Source of the DNA: an uncultured virus (IMG/VR IMGVR_UViG_3300028840_005337)
Taxonomy: Duplodnaviria; Heunggongvirae; Uroviricota; Caudoviricetes
Strand: one strand, 5' to 3'
IMG/VR virus record: IMGVR_UViG_3300028840_005337
Location: 113,610 to 133,609 of that record
Length of the DNA: 20,000 nt
Shown here: positions 8,707-16,930 of the stretch, piece after piece
Numbering within the stretch: position 1 is the stretch's first letter
Layout of the letters: each line of letters starts with the position of its first letter
Translations under genes and position numbers: made by a program
Notes under the pieces: model-generated
Databases searched by the model: none
What the model was told of the DNA's origin: nothing
Seen by the model: only the letters and a program-made list of their open reading frames with translations

Positions 8707-8883
8707 ATGAGCATGGAAAAACAGGGAGTGGTTCGCCGGGGCACGACCCCGGAGATCGAGGAGAAGCAAGAGAAGACCGCGGCCGATGCTGCAGCCGAGA
8801 CTCTCAAACAGGCAGCCCGCCGGCTTGAGCAGGACGACCCCAACGGGCGTCTCGCTGACGGTGTGGCCAAGCGCTCCAAATAA
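8707..8883 (+). CDS. small protein (58 aa) upstream of the portal gene
   Basis: GGGGAG RBS before ATG 8707; MSMEKQGVVRRG...EKTAADAAAETLKQAARR; ends 14 nt before the portal start. Confidence 0.65.
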   Translation: MSMEKQGVVRRGTTPEIEEKQEKTAADAAAETLKQAARRLEQDDPNGRLADGVAKRSK

Positions 8884-8897
8884 TCCAAGGACGGATC

Positions 8898-10895
8898 ATG
8901 AGCTTCCTCATCCCATCGTTTGCTGGCGGGACCAATCGGGGTTCGCAGAACATCGAGCCCTTCCCCGACCCCTTCTGCGACTACGCGTCGACGCGTATGC
9001 CCGAGTCCCTGGAGAATGCTCTCCGGTGGTGCGAGTACATCATGCTGGCCAACGGCATCTACCGATCGGCGGTGGACCGAGTGGTCTCGTACTTCATTAC
9101 CGAGGTGGAGATCGATGGGACCGATCGGGACGGCAAGGAGAAGTACCTTGACTTCCTGAACAACACGCTGGGCATCAACTCGATCCTTCGGCAGACGGCG
9201 CTCGACTACGTCACCTACGGGAACTTCTTCAACTCGCTGGTTGTGCCATTCAGACGGCACCTGCGCTGCCCAGGCTGCGGCTTCGAGGCGCCTCTCGACC
9301 GGATCCACGGCAACGACAAGTTCAACTTCTCGTGGAGCGGCTTCGAGTTCAACGCCAACTGCCCCTTCTGCAGCTACCACGGCAAGTGGGCGCACAAGGA
9401 CAGGCGATCGACCGAGGAAGACGACATCATCATCAAGCGCTGGAGCCCGCACGAGATGGAACTCGTCTGGGACCCGTACACCGACCAAGTCGGGCACGTG
9501 TGGCGCATCCCGAATCACTACAAGAAGTACATCAACCAAGGAACCTTGTTCCATCTGGAGCGTGCGCCGTGGGAGGTCCTGCAGGCGATCAAGAACAACA
9601 CGCATATCCAGTTCAACAAGGACATCATCTACCACGGCAAGGAAGATACCCTGGCTGGCGTGCTGAACAAGGGCTGGGGCGTCAGCCGTATCCTGACGAA
9701 CTTCCGTCAGGCGTGGTACGTCCAAGTGCTTCACCGCTACAACGAGGCGATCGGCCTCGACTACATCATCCCATTCAGGGTGATTACGCCCGAGCCGCGT
9801 CCGGGCGGGGCCGGCGGTGGTGGTGAGTCAACGGACCCGCTGTTCACCGCTGACCTCGGCGGCTTCGTAGGCCAAGTCAACTCGATGCTGCGCCAACGGC
9901 GGCGTGACCCGACCATGTGGTTCACCATGCCGTTCCCGCTGAAATACCAGACTCTCGGGGGGGAAGCTAGCCAGTTGGCCCCGTATCAGCTCATGGACCA
10001 GGCCGTGGATGGCCTCCTGACGTCCGTAGGCGTCCCTGTGGAGCTCTACAAGGGTACGATGAGTCTCCAGGCTGCCCCGGCCGCGCTGCGGCTCCTGGAG
10101 AGCACCTGGAGCCACCTGACGACGATGCTGAACAACTACCTCCAGTGGCTGGTCAACAAAATCAGCGTGGCGCTGTCCTGGGACGAGGTTACGGCCACCC
10201 TGGCCAAGCCGTCGCACGCGGACGATCTGAACCGTCAGCTGGCCAAGCTCCAGCTCATGATGGGACAGTCGATCAGCCAGACGACTGGCCTCAAGAGCGT
10301 CGGCCTCAAGTTCGAGGACGAGCAGCGCCGCATGCTCGACGAGCAGAAGTTCATCGCCGAGGAATCGCAGAAGACACAAGAGGAGCTGGAAGCCTCGGGC
10401 ATGGGCGATGCAATGGCGCAAGGCATGATGGGCCCCGGAGGCCAACCGACCGATCCTGCTGCGGCAGGCATGGGTGGCCCTGGTGGTTCCGCACCTCCGC
10501 AAGGCGGTGCACCTCCGGCCGGCGGCGCACCGGGTGGCGCTATGCCTCCTCCAGGCGCAGAAGCCGGAATGGCGCCGATGGACCCGATTCAGGCCATCAT
10601 GGCACAAATACCTCTGGGCAATGAGCAAAGCCTCACGCCGCCAGAGCTGGAGCAGATCGCCAACACGGTTGCCGAGCAGATCTACGGACTGCCCGGCGGG
10701 CAACGTGTATCCGCGCTGCGACAACTCAAGCAGGCGTCGCCCACCATTCACAGCCTGGTCAAGAGCCTTCTCGAACAGAAAGACTCGCAGGCTGAGTCCC
10801 AAGGCCGCATGATGGGCCAAGAGCAAGCTATGCAGATGCAACAGCAGAGCATGGCTCCACCCCCGCCGATGGGGCCGGGTGGTGGGATGATGTAG
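8898..10895 (+). CDS. probable phage portal protein with CxxC...CxxC insert and Gly/Pro/Met/Gln-rich C-terminus (665 aa)
   Basis: 'LDYVTYGNFF' and 'SVGVPVEL' resemble the 'xxxxGNxx' and 'gvP..l' segments of HK97-like portals. Size and phage context fit. The call rests on motif recall only. Confidence 0.65.
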   Translation: MSFLIPSFAGGTNRGSQNIEPFPDPFCDYASTRMPESLENALRWCEYIMLANGIYRSAVDRVVSYFITEVEIDGTDRDGKEKYLDFLNNTLGINSILRQTALDYVTYGNFFNSLVVPFRRHLRCPGCGFEAPLDRIHGNDKFNFSWSGFEFNANCPFCSYHGKWAHKDRRSTEEDDIIIKRWSPHEMELVWDPYTDQVGHVWRIPNHYKKYINQGTLFHLERAPWEVLQAIKNNTHIQFNKDIIYHGKEDTLAGVLNKGWGVSRILTNFRQAWYVQVLHRYNEAIGLDYIIPFRVITPEPRPGGAGGGGESTDPLFTADLGGFVGQVNSMLRQRRRDPTMWFTMPFPLKYQTLGGEASQLAPYQLMDQAVDGLLTSVGVPVELYKGTMSLQAAPAALRLLESTWSHLTTMLNNYLQWLVNKISVALSWDEVTATLAKPSHADDLNRQLAKLQLMMGQSISQTTGLKSVGLKFEDEQRRMLDEQKFIAEESQKTQEELEASGMGDAMAQGMMGPGGQPTDPAAAGMGGPGGSAPPQGGAPPAGGAPGGAMPPPGAEAGMAPMDPIQAIMAQIPLGNEQSLTPPELEQIANTVAEQIYGLPGGQRVSALRQLKQASPTIHSLVKSLLEQKDSQAESQGRMMGQEQAMQMQQQSMAPPPPMGPGGGMM

Positions 10896-11340
10896 CTTCG
10901 AGGTAATCGGCAGCGGCTCGGCACAGTGCCGGGTCGTCTTGAAAATATCCCAGACCAGGATTGCAGCGTGTGCACAGCAGGCCACGCACTTTACCTGTTA
11001 CATGGTCATGGTCGACATGGAGCGTCCTATCGCTGGCTTTACGGCAGATGGCGCAGCGACCATCTTGCTCCCGCAGCAACTTATCGAACGCTTCCTGATC
11101 AAGACCGTACTTTTTGAGTCCCTGTTTACGGTTGTGCTTTTGATAGCGTGCCTTGTTGGCATCGCGCCAGCGTTTGCTTGAGTCTCTATTTCGCTGCGGA
11201 TTCTTACGGCGATACTCTCGTTGGTAATCCGCCCTGCATTGTTTACAGTGGGAGTCTCGGCCATGGCGTTTTTGGGAGGCGCGTGAGAACGCCTCGACTG
11301 GCTTGGTCTCACCGCATTTGGTACACTGTTTCTCAGCCAT
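10828..11340 (-). CDS. endonuclease VII-family (His-Me/HNH) nuclease, probable free-standing homing endonuclease
   Basis: 'QDGRCAIC...LHVDHDHVTGKVRGLLCTRCNPGLG' is the endonuclease VII signature. N-terminal CxxC...CxxC and a basic helix. GAGGGG RBS on the minus strand. Confidence 0.9.
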   Translation of the reverse strand: MAEKQCTKCGETKPVEAFSRASQKRHGRDSHCKQCRADYQREYRRKNPQRNRDSSKRWRDANKARYQKHNRKQGLKKYGLDQEAFDKLLREQDGRCAICRKASDRTLHVDHDHVTGKVRGLLCTRCNPGLGYFQDDPALCRAAADYLEATSSHHPAPSAGVEPCSAVASA

Positions 11341-11367
11341 GATACCCCTCTATGGGTAGACTGGTTA

Positions 11368-11401
11368 GAACTGAGGGCAAGCCCATCTTGACCCTCGGTT
11401 C
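11368..11401. promoter_or_regulatory. inverted repeat between the divergent HNH and glycosyltransferase genes
   Basis: GAACTGAGGGCAAG/CTTGACCCTCGGTTC (14 bp with one G-U and one bulge). The right arm contains TTGACC, followed 18 nt later by GATAAT. Confidence 0.4.
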
Positions 11402-11451
11402 GCCATTTTACGATAATTCCTGCTGGTTTGGCAACAGCGAGGAGCAGCAAT

Positions 11452-12495
11452 ATGGCTGAGCGGCTAGGGCTTTACGGCCGTTACTACCAGCACGAAACGA
11501 CCCAGGCAACCATCATGCTGGCTGAGACAGCCACGAACCAAGGCATCCCTGTGTCGATGCTGGCACGCGACGTGTGTCGCCGCGAGGTCTCGGGGAGCTG
11601 GGACAACCGAGTTCTGTCGAACAAAACGCATCCTTACCGTCACTGGGTACGCACGCTAAATAACGTAATTTGGACCAGCGTACCATCTCTCGGCGAGGTC
11701 CAGCTGGCCAAGCAGCTTGGCGTCCGGACCAGCATCCTGATCAACTGGGAGACGCTCGTCCCCGAGGACGAGGCGGTCATCAACCACATCGACAAGGTCA
11801 TCCTGCCCTACCGCTGCGTGGGTAAGGCCATCCACAAATACTGGACGCTGCCTTCGAAGCCCATCATGATGCCCTGGGATGTGCCCGTGGCGCTCACCAA
11901 GCAGCCCGAGCATTTCCGTCGGCACGTCACAGCATACTTCCCGCTGTACGACTCGCAGCCCGAGCGCTCCGACTGCGCTGTGTTTGACATGATGGAGAAG
12001 GCGCTCAGTGAGGTGCCTGACAGCTGCGTCCTGATCGCCTGTGGCCGCAAGTGGTCCTTGGCGTCCAGGAAGGCCGTGAAGCGCCTACGGAGCCTCTACG
12101 GGCCTCGTACGGTGGCTGTCATCCGACCCAATATGCTACAGCGTCTCCTGCTGTTTGCCAGGGCGGACGTGACCGTCTGGGCGCCGCGGTTCGAAAGCTT
12201 CGGCATCGTGGGGCTGAACAGCATCTGCATGGGCACTCCGGTGCTCTCCTGGGACGTCCGACCGCAGAACGAATTCCTCAAGCCCTGGAAAAACGCCATG
12301 CTGGTTCCGTGCAAGACGGACAAGAACTGGATCGGCGTCCCGGAGGTTGTCGGGGGGTATGGGGACTTCGGTGAATGCTTGATAGCGCTCTTGCGGGACA
12401 AAGCACTACTTGCAAGAATGAAGTCTACCGTTTTGACCGGCATGGAGAGCCGCAAGCAGCAGTTCCTGGCCGGATGGGAAGAACTACTGAAATGA
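11452..12495 (+). CDS. GT-B fold (GT4-like) glycosyltransferase
   Basis: C-terminal 'ADVTVWAPRFESFGIVGLNSICMGTPVL' matches the GT4 'aDvfv.PS..EgFGl..lEAma.G.PVi' motif. AGGAG RBS before ATG 11452. Confidence 0.8.
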   Translation: MAERLGLYGRYYQHETTQATIMLAETATNQGIPVSMLARDVCRREVSGSWDNRVLSNKTHPYRHWVRTLNNVIWTSVPSLGEVQLAKQLGVRTSILINWETLVPEDEAVINHIDKVILPYRCVGKAIHKYWTLPSKPIMMPWDVPVALTKQPEHFRRHVTAYFPLYDSQPERSDCAVFDMMEKALSEVPDSCVLIACGRKWSLASRKAVKRLRSLYGPRTVAVIRPNMLQRLLLFARADVTVWAPRFESFGIVGLNSICMGTPVLSWDVRPQNEFLKPWKNAMLVPCKTDKNWIGVPEVVGGYGDFGECLIALLRDKALLARMKSTVLTGMESRKQQFLAGWEELLK

Positions 12496-12507
12496 CGAGG
12501 ATAAACG

Positions 12508-13020
12508 ATGTCAGTACCGAATCAAATCAGCCACCGTGCTAACTACAAGGCCCAGAAGGAAGCCGGCCAAGTCGCCGTCAACCCGAAGCCCGGTCAGCCG
12601 CCCGCTGCGGCACCGCCCCAGTTCCCGAAGCGCAAGAAGGGCGAGAAGACCACCTTGCGTGAGAAGCTGGGCATGGCGCCCGTGGCGCCAACGACCGTGC
12701 CGGACGAGGCTGAGTCCGAAGCACCTGCCGCTCCCAAGCTCGCTGCGCCCAAGACGCCAGTCGAGGAGATCATCGAAGAGGAGAACGAGAAGTTCTTCGC
12801 TACGGTCCGGGAGCTGGCCGAAGATCCCGAACCTGAGGCGGACGAGTACGATCCGGAAGATCCGGAGAATGCCGAGGGCGACGACAATACGATCGAAGTC
12901 GATCCGCCCCAGGACGATGGAGAGGAAGAGGCCGTAGCGCAAGAGCAAGGGATCGGCAAGCTGCCGTCGTTTGATCTCGGCAGTCCGGCCTCTGAACCCG
13001 AAGAGAAGCCCCTGATCTAA
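12508..13020 (+). CDS. hypothetical protein with basic/Pro-rich N-terminus and very acidic C-terminus (170 aa)
   Basis: GAGG RBS; low-complexity composition, likely disordered. Confidence 0.7.
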   Translation: MSVPNQISHRANYKAQKEAGQVAVNPKPGQPPAAAPPQFPKRKKGEKTTLREKLGMAPVAPTTVPDEAESEAPAAPKLAAPKTPVEEIIEEENEKFFATVRELAEDPEPEADEYDPEDPENAEGDDNTIEVDPPQDDGEEEAVAQEQGIGKLPSFDLGSPASEPEEKPLI

Positions 13021-13028
13021 GGAAGCCG

Positions 13029-13607
13029 ATGGGAAGACGACGTCAAACGACCCGGCGTCACAAGCGGAAGACAGGGCGTTCCAAGGAAGCGAAGGAAAAG
13101 GGCCGTCGCGGTGGCCGTACCATCATCAAAGAAGGTGAGAAGGTGCGCCGCAACGAGCCCTGCTTCTGTGGGAGCGGTCTGAAGTTCAAGGCCTGCCACG
13201 GCAAGCCGAAGACGCCGCGCAATGTGATGCGTTACAACACGCTCGAGGACATGTACACCGATGAGCAGCGCGCTGCCATGCGGGAGTTCTCGAAGTACTG
13301 GGGATTCCACCCAGATCCCATGCTGCTCAAGATGTTCATGGAGGAGGACTACGACGCCATCGTCGCAGAGGTCACACGGGCCATGCGAGAGACAGGCGCC
13401 GATCCTGCCCACATCTACGCAGTTCAACAGGTCACAGGCCTGGTCACCCCACGCAACCACGGGCTCCTCTCTGAGGCCGAGCTCGAGCTGTGGGAACGAA
13501 TGGTCCAGGAATACCGGGACCAGCACCCAGAAGAAGGAGAGAACGATGGCGGACAAAGTCCCCCACCTGATGGCGTATCTGATGGAGGAGTACCAGCGAC
13601 AGGGTGA
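13029..13607 (+). CDS. SEC-C motif-containing protein (192 aa)
   Basis: 'KVRRNEPCFCGSGLKFKACHG' matches the SEC-C metal-binding motif (RNxPCxCGSGKKxKxCH). AAGG RBS. Confidence 0.85.
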   Translation: MGRRRQTTRRHKRKTGRSKEAKEKGRRGGRTIIKEGEKVRRNEPCFCGSGLKFKACHGKPKTPRNVMRYNTLEDMYTDEQRAAMREFSKYWGFHPDPMLLKMFMEEDYDAIVAEVTRAMRETGADPAHIYAVQQVTGLVTPRNHGLLSEAELELWERMVQEYRDQHPEEGENDGGQSPPPDGVSDGGVPATG

Positions 13608-13977
13608 GACCCCGGCTGGACAAGATCCCGATCCCAGTGCTCTCGACGAGCTTGACGAGCACCTCTCGCTCGAAGTCGAGGACGATCGGGATACGGCTAC
13701 CGTGCGCAAATACCAAGAGGTCGCTCGATTCGCCATCGAGGACTTCTGCGAGTTCTGCGTGCGTCGGCTGCACGAGAATCCTCCAGTAACTGTGAGCGCC
13801 GCCGAAGTCGCTGAAGGGCTTGGGCTGCGCTTGGCCGACCAGACACTTGTCTGTACCCGGAAGGACGGCACCACACAAGGCGAGGGCACAATGGAGCCTG
13901 CGGGCGACGTGCCAATCACCAAGAGCGGCGGTGGCATGGAGGGTACGCGAAGCGTGCCGGTCACCGGCAAGAGGTAG
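13546..13977 (+). CDS. hypothetical protein (143 aa)
   Basis: AAGGAG RBS before ATG 13546, an in-frame internal start of the 13261 ORF. Confidence 0.7.
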   Translation: MADKVPHLMAYLMEEYQRQGETPAGQDPDPSALDELDEHLSLEVEDDRDTATVRKYQEVARFAIEDFCEFCVRRLHENPPVTVSAAEVAEGLGLRLADQTLVCTRKDGTTQGEGTMEPAGDVPITKSGGGMEGTRSVPVTGKR

Positions 13978-14513
13978 TGTCGACTGCCTGCTTCATAATC
14001 TCTATCTTGATTGCGATGGCAGGTATGATCTGCTGGTCGCACTCCAAGATGCAAGCGATCAATGCTGAGCAGCAGCGCTTAACTGCGGAGTTCAAAAAGA
14101 GCACCTCGGCGCTGCGCGCTCGCGTTGATACCTTCTTAGTTACGCCCCAAGAAGAAGCCGAGGCGCAGATCGAAACTGCGCTTGAGCTCATCGACGAGGG
14201 CCTCACCACCGACTATGTCATCAATGCCGTATTCCGTCCGCATGATGAATACGAGCGTGGTATCTGTCGTGACGTTCTCTGGGCAGCGGCTGAACGCCGA
14301 GGTCGACAACGTCGCCGTGACGGCGGCATGCAGCATGTCTTTGAGCAGATGTGGGGCATCCAGGAGCGGCTACGACTTGCACGCCAACGTGAGCGCGATC
14401 AGCGTGAGGCGTTAGAGCAGCAACGTGCTGAGGAAAGTAGGGCTGACACACGGAGGCCCAGACTATTACGATTTCGCAAGGAGGAAGTAGATGACCCATC
14501 ACCCCAAACGTGA
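13977..14513 (+). CDS. membrane-anchored hypothetical protein (178 aa)
   Basis: GTG start coupled to the upstream TAG; hydrophobic N-terminal segment 'CFIISILIAMAGMICW', then charged helical sequence. Confidence 0.7.
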   Translation: MSTACFIISILIAMAGMICWSHSKMQAINAEQQRLTAEFKKSTSALRARVDTFLVTPQEEAEAQIETALELIDEGLTTDYVINAVFRPHDEYERGICRDVLWAAAERRGRQRRRDGGMQHVFEQMWGIQERLRLARQRERDQREALEQQRAEESRADTRRPRLLRFRKEEVDDPSPQT

Positions 14514-14805
14514 CTGCGGCGAGCGTTTTGAGATTGCCGTCGGGTTTCCCGAAGGCACACCCGACAACATCGTTGGCTACGAAAACACGCATATCGACGC
14601 GTACGACTCTGCGAAGGGCGTGGCACTACGGCAAGATGCCTGCCGTGGGATTGTTACAGATCGTCAGGGTGACGACCATGCGTCGCTCATCCGGGACGAG
14701 GAAGGATGCCTGACCGCCAATGATGGCGGACCCTGCAAGAAGTGCGCCGGGGTGTCGTTTTGGCACAACGAATTCACCAAAAGACCCCTCGGAGAACCTA
14801 CTTAA
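14491..14805 (+). CDS. hypothetical protein (104 aa)
   Basis: AAGGAGG RBS before ATG 14491. Confidence 0.7.
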   Translation: MTHHPKRDCGERFEIAVGFPEGTPDNIVGYENTHIDAYDSAKGVALRQDACRGIVTDRQGDDHASLIRDEEGCLTANDGGPCKKCAGVSFWHNEFTKRPLGEPT

Positions 14806-14832
14806 AAACTACAGGATTTAGGGCATTCTAAG
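14802..14832 (+). promoter_or_regulatory. copy 1 of the repeated promoter-like motif
   Basis: TTAAAAAC-11 nt-GGGCATTCTAAG. Confidence 0.6.
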
Positions 14833-14925
14833 TCAAGCAGCAATAAGATCGCTGCATCACTAAGATGGTGGTGCGCGTTTGCATGAGCGTGCACCATTGC
14901 ACCCCGAACATGAAGGGAGAAAGTC

Positions 14926-15543
14926 ATGCGCACCGATGTACTGCTGGCGATTGTGGGGACCATCCTGCTGTGTCTCGTCGCGTTGTTCTGCTGGGATGCC
15001 TTTGGGCCGGAGACGGCCTCGGCAGCGCCCGCAAAGCAGACCGAAGCGAAGGACACCAAGAAGGACACCAAGAAGGAGGAGGCAGAGCCGACCTCCACTT
15101 GCACGCCTTCCCCCACCCCGGCCATGCAACCCCGGCCTGATCGCAAGGCCTCGCCGACCCCGGCGAAACGGTGTTTCACACCGAGCGAGCTGCGGGAGTT
15201 CTGCAGCAAGACGCCGCCCACGCTGAAGTACGTCATCGTCGAAGAGACCGTGACGAAGAACAGCAAGGAAGAAGAACCATTCGCCAAGTGGCTGGTTCTC
15301 GACGGCGGCAAAACTCTCGTTATTCCCTATCGGCATCGGAACGTCTGGCACAAAGCCGGCACCACCGAACCGATGGAGGAGAGCGAAGAGGTCACGCTTC
15401 CGAAGCATTGGGAGCACTGGGATCGGATCGCCGATAACCAGTGCGACTTTGCGCCGGAAGCACGTGGAGATCGGATGACCTCCACAAAAAGTAATGGCGG
15501 CCACACCCTGCGGGTGGGGCGCTATTACTTCGACGCACCGTAA
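14926..15543 (+). CDS. secreted or membrane-anchored protein (205 aa)
   Basis: GGAG RBS; N-terminal hydrophobic helix 'VLLAIVGTILLCLVALFCW' followed by a Lys/Pro/Thr linker. Confidence 0.75.
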   Translation: MRTDVLLAIVGTILLCLVALFCWDAFGPETASAAPAKQTEAKDTKKDTKKEEAEPTSTCTPSPTPAMQPRPDRKASPTPAKRCFTPSELREFCSKTPPTLKYVIVEETVTKNSKEEEPFAKWLVLDGGKTLVIPYRHRNVWHKAGTTEPMEESEEVTLPKHWEHWDRIADNQCDFAPEARGDRMTSTKSNGGHTLRVGRYYFDAP

Positions 15544-15610
15544 CTTCTGGGTTCCGTTTGGTATGTGCATCCTGTAGGATGAATCACGCTACCATCGGAA
15601 CCAAGCGATA

Positions 15611-15657
15611 AAGAGCAGCGCCCGGCCCCATCCAGGCCGGGCGCAACGTGCTCTTTT
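15611..15657 (+). terminator. probable terminator hairpin
   Basis: GCGCCCGGCC/GGCCGGGCGC 10-bp stem with outer AAGAGCA/TGCTCTT and a short T-run. Confidence 0.55.
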
Positions 15658-15688
15658 CGCTTAGCCTTTGGAACATAAGGAGCCGGCA

Positions 15689-16189
15689 GTGAAGCCGATC
15701 TATCCAGACGACATAATCGATTTCATGGCGAGCGGAGAGCCGCTCTACGTTGTCCTCGAGGCAGGTCCGTTCAAAGAGAACGTGTCGCCCTACACCGGCG
15801 AGAAGACCACTGTCGAGGATACGTCTATGCATGGGAGGGTGCAGCAGGTGGTCGGTTACAATCCGCCGTGGATCCTGCTGTTGCCTCTCGAACCGCCTCG
15901 GAAGAACCCGTCATCGCTGGGTCCGTTCTCGGTGATGGCGTTTGGGCCACAGCCGCAACAGCGTCAGCCCGAGGCAACACCCTACTACCTGCCGGACATT
16001 TCCATGCGGCAGGTGGACGGTGACTACTTGGAAGCTTACCGCAGGTACGTTTGTGGTGAGCAGGAGAAGGAGGACGTCTTCAAAGACCTGACGCCGATCC
16101 AGCGCACCATCCAGCGGCTGGAGTGCGGGCAGTGCGAAGACAAATCCAACTGCACAAACTGTATATCAAAGAGGCAGAAGAGTGAGTAA
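15689..16189 (+). CDS. hypothetical protein with Cys-rich C-terminus (166 aa)
   Basis: AAGGAG RBS before GTG 15689; ends CGQC...CTNC. Confidence 0.7.
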   Translation: MKPIYPDDIIDFMASGEPLYVVLEAGPFKENVSPYTGEKTTVEDTSMHGRVQQVVGYNPPWILLLPLEPPRKNPSSLGPFSVMAFGPQPQQRQPEATPYYLPDISMRQVDGDYLEAYRRYVCGEQEKEDVFKDLTPIQRTIQRLECGQCEDKSNCTNCISKRQKSE

Positions 16190-16841
16190 TCGCAACCCAA
16201 GGGGAATCCGGTTGGATCGTGGAGAGCACGACGAGGAGCTCGAAGGCACCTACACCGTCGAGGTTCACTGCGCCAACTGTGACTGGGCGGGAGATGTCGA
16301 GATACCCAAAGGCATTCCCGTACCCAAAGGACTACCACTCGAACAGATTGCCAGGTGCGATGAGTGCGGTTGCTACACGCTCATCCGCCCTGCCGATGAA
16401 GAAGAGCCAGAGACTGAGCCCTCGCAAGGGGAGGAGGTTGATGCTGCTCAAGAACGCATGGATCAGATCCGGCGTGAACTAGAGCGAGTACGCAGGGAGC
16501 AGGGAAACCGCCCGCTGCCTCCGTTTACTCCATATCGTGAGCGTCCGCCGCGTGAAACGCCGGTGCCAGATCCCAATGTCGTGCCTCGTCCGTCGGAGCA
16601 GACATCGCCGTGGGGGCCCGTGACGCCCGTGACGCCCAGGCCGAACACCGGTGACGGCTTTCCGCCTGGCATGATCTGGATGTCCACCACGGGACAGCAA
16701 GGCGAGCAACCAAACCTGAACGGCGATATATTCCCACGGGATGCCGTCAGTATGTCGAGTCAACCACTGCGTCGGGAACACCTTTCTGACGCACAAGTTG
16801 AGTGGCTGAACCATATCGGGTGCAACCCCGAGGAGGTGTAA
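16182..16841 (+). CDS. zinc-ribbon protein with Pro-rich C-terminal half (219 aa)
   Basis: GAGG upstream of GTG 16182; CANC...CDEC pair in the N-terminal part. Confidence 0.7.
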   Translation: MSNRNPRGIRLDRGEHDEELEGTYTVEVHCANCDWAGDVEIPKGIPVPKGLPLEQIARCDECGCYTLIRPADEEEPETEPSQGEEVDAAQERMDQIRRELERVRREQGNRPLPPFTPYRERPPRETPVPDPNVVPRPSEQTSPWGPVTPVTPRPNTGDGFPPGMIWMSTTGQQGEQPNLNGDIFPRDAVSMSSQPLRREHLSDAQVEWLNHIGCNPEEV

Positions 16842-16866
16842 GCACACACATTCACTTCTTTCTTCG

Positions 16867-16909
16867 AGACCCACCGTACTCTCCCGCAGTACGGTGGGTT
16901 TTTCTTTTT
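16867..16909 (+). terminator. intrinsic terminator
   Basis: ACCCACCGTACT/AGTACGGTGGGT 12-bp stem followed by TTTTCTTTTT. Confidence 0.85.
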
Positions 16910-16930
16910 GCGGGATCCAAGGAGGCCCAC

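Noticed and set aside
8643..8828. 61-aa ORF MVDIYVNKQQ...
   Set aside because: It mostly overlaps the better-supported 8707..8883 gene in another frame; not excluded, but unsupported.
35..14513. Frequent 20-60 nt gene overlaps as a sign of stop-codon recoding
   Set aside because: TAA, TAG and TGA all end genes at sensible places, and recognisable proteins are intact under the standard code.
15049..15072. 12-bp tandem duplication AAGGACACCAAG (KDTKKDTK), and a 9-bp tandem near 16618
   Set aside because: Two-copy in-frame repeats in low-complexity linkers; no array structure.
16802..16930. N-terminal extension of the 16802..17941 ORF
   Set aside because: It crosses an intrinsic terminator; AAGGAGG supports GTG 16931.
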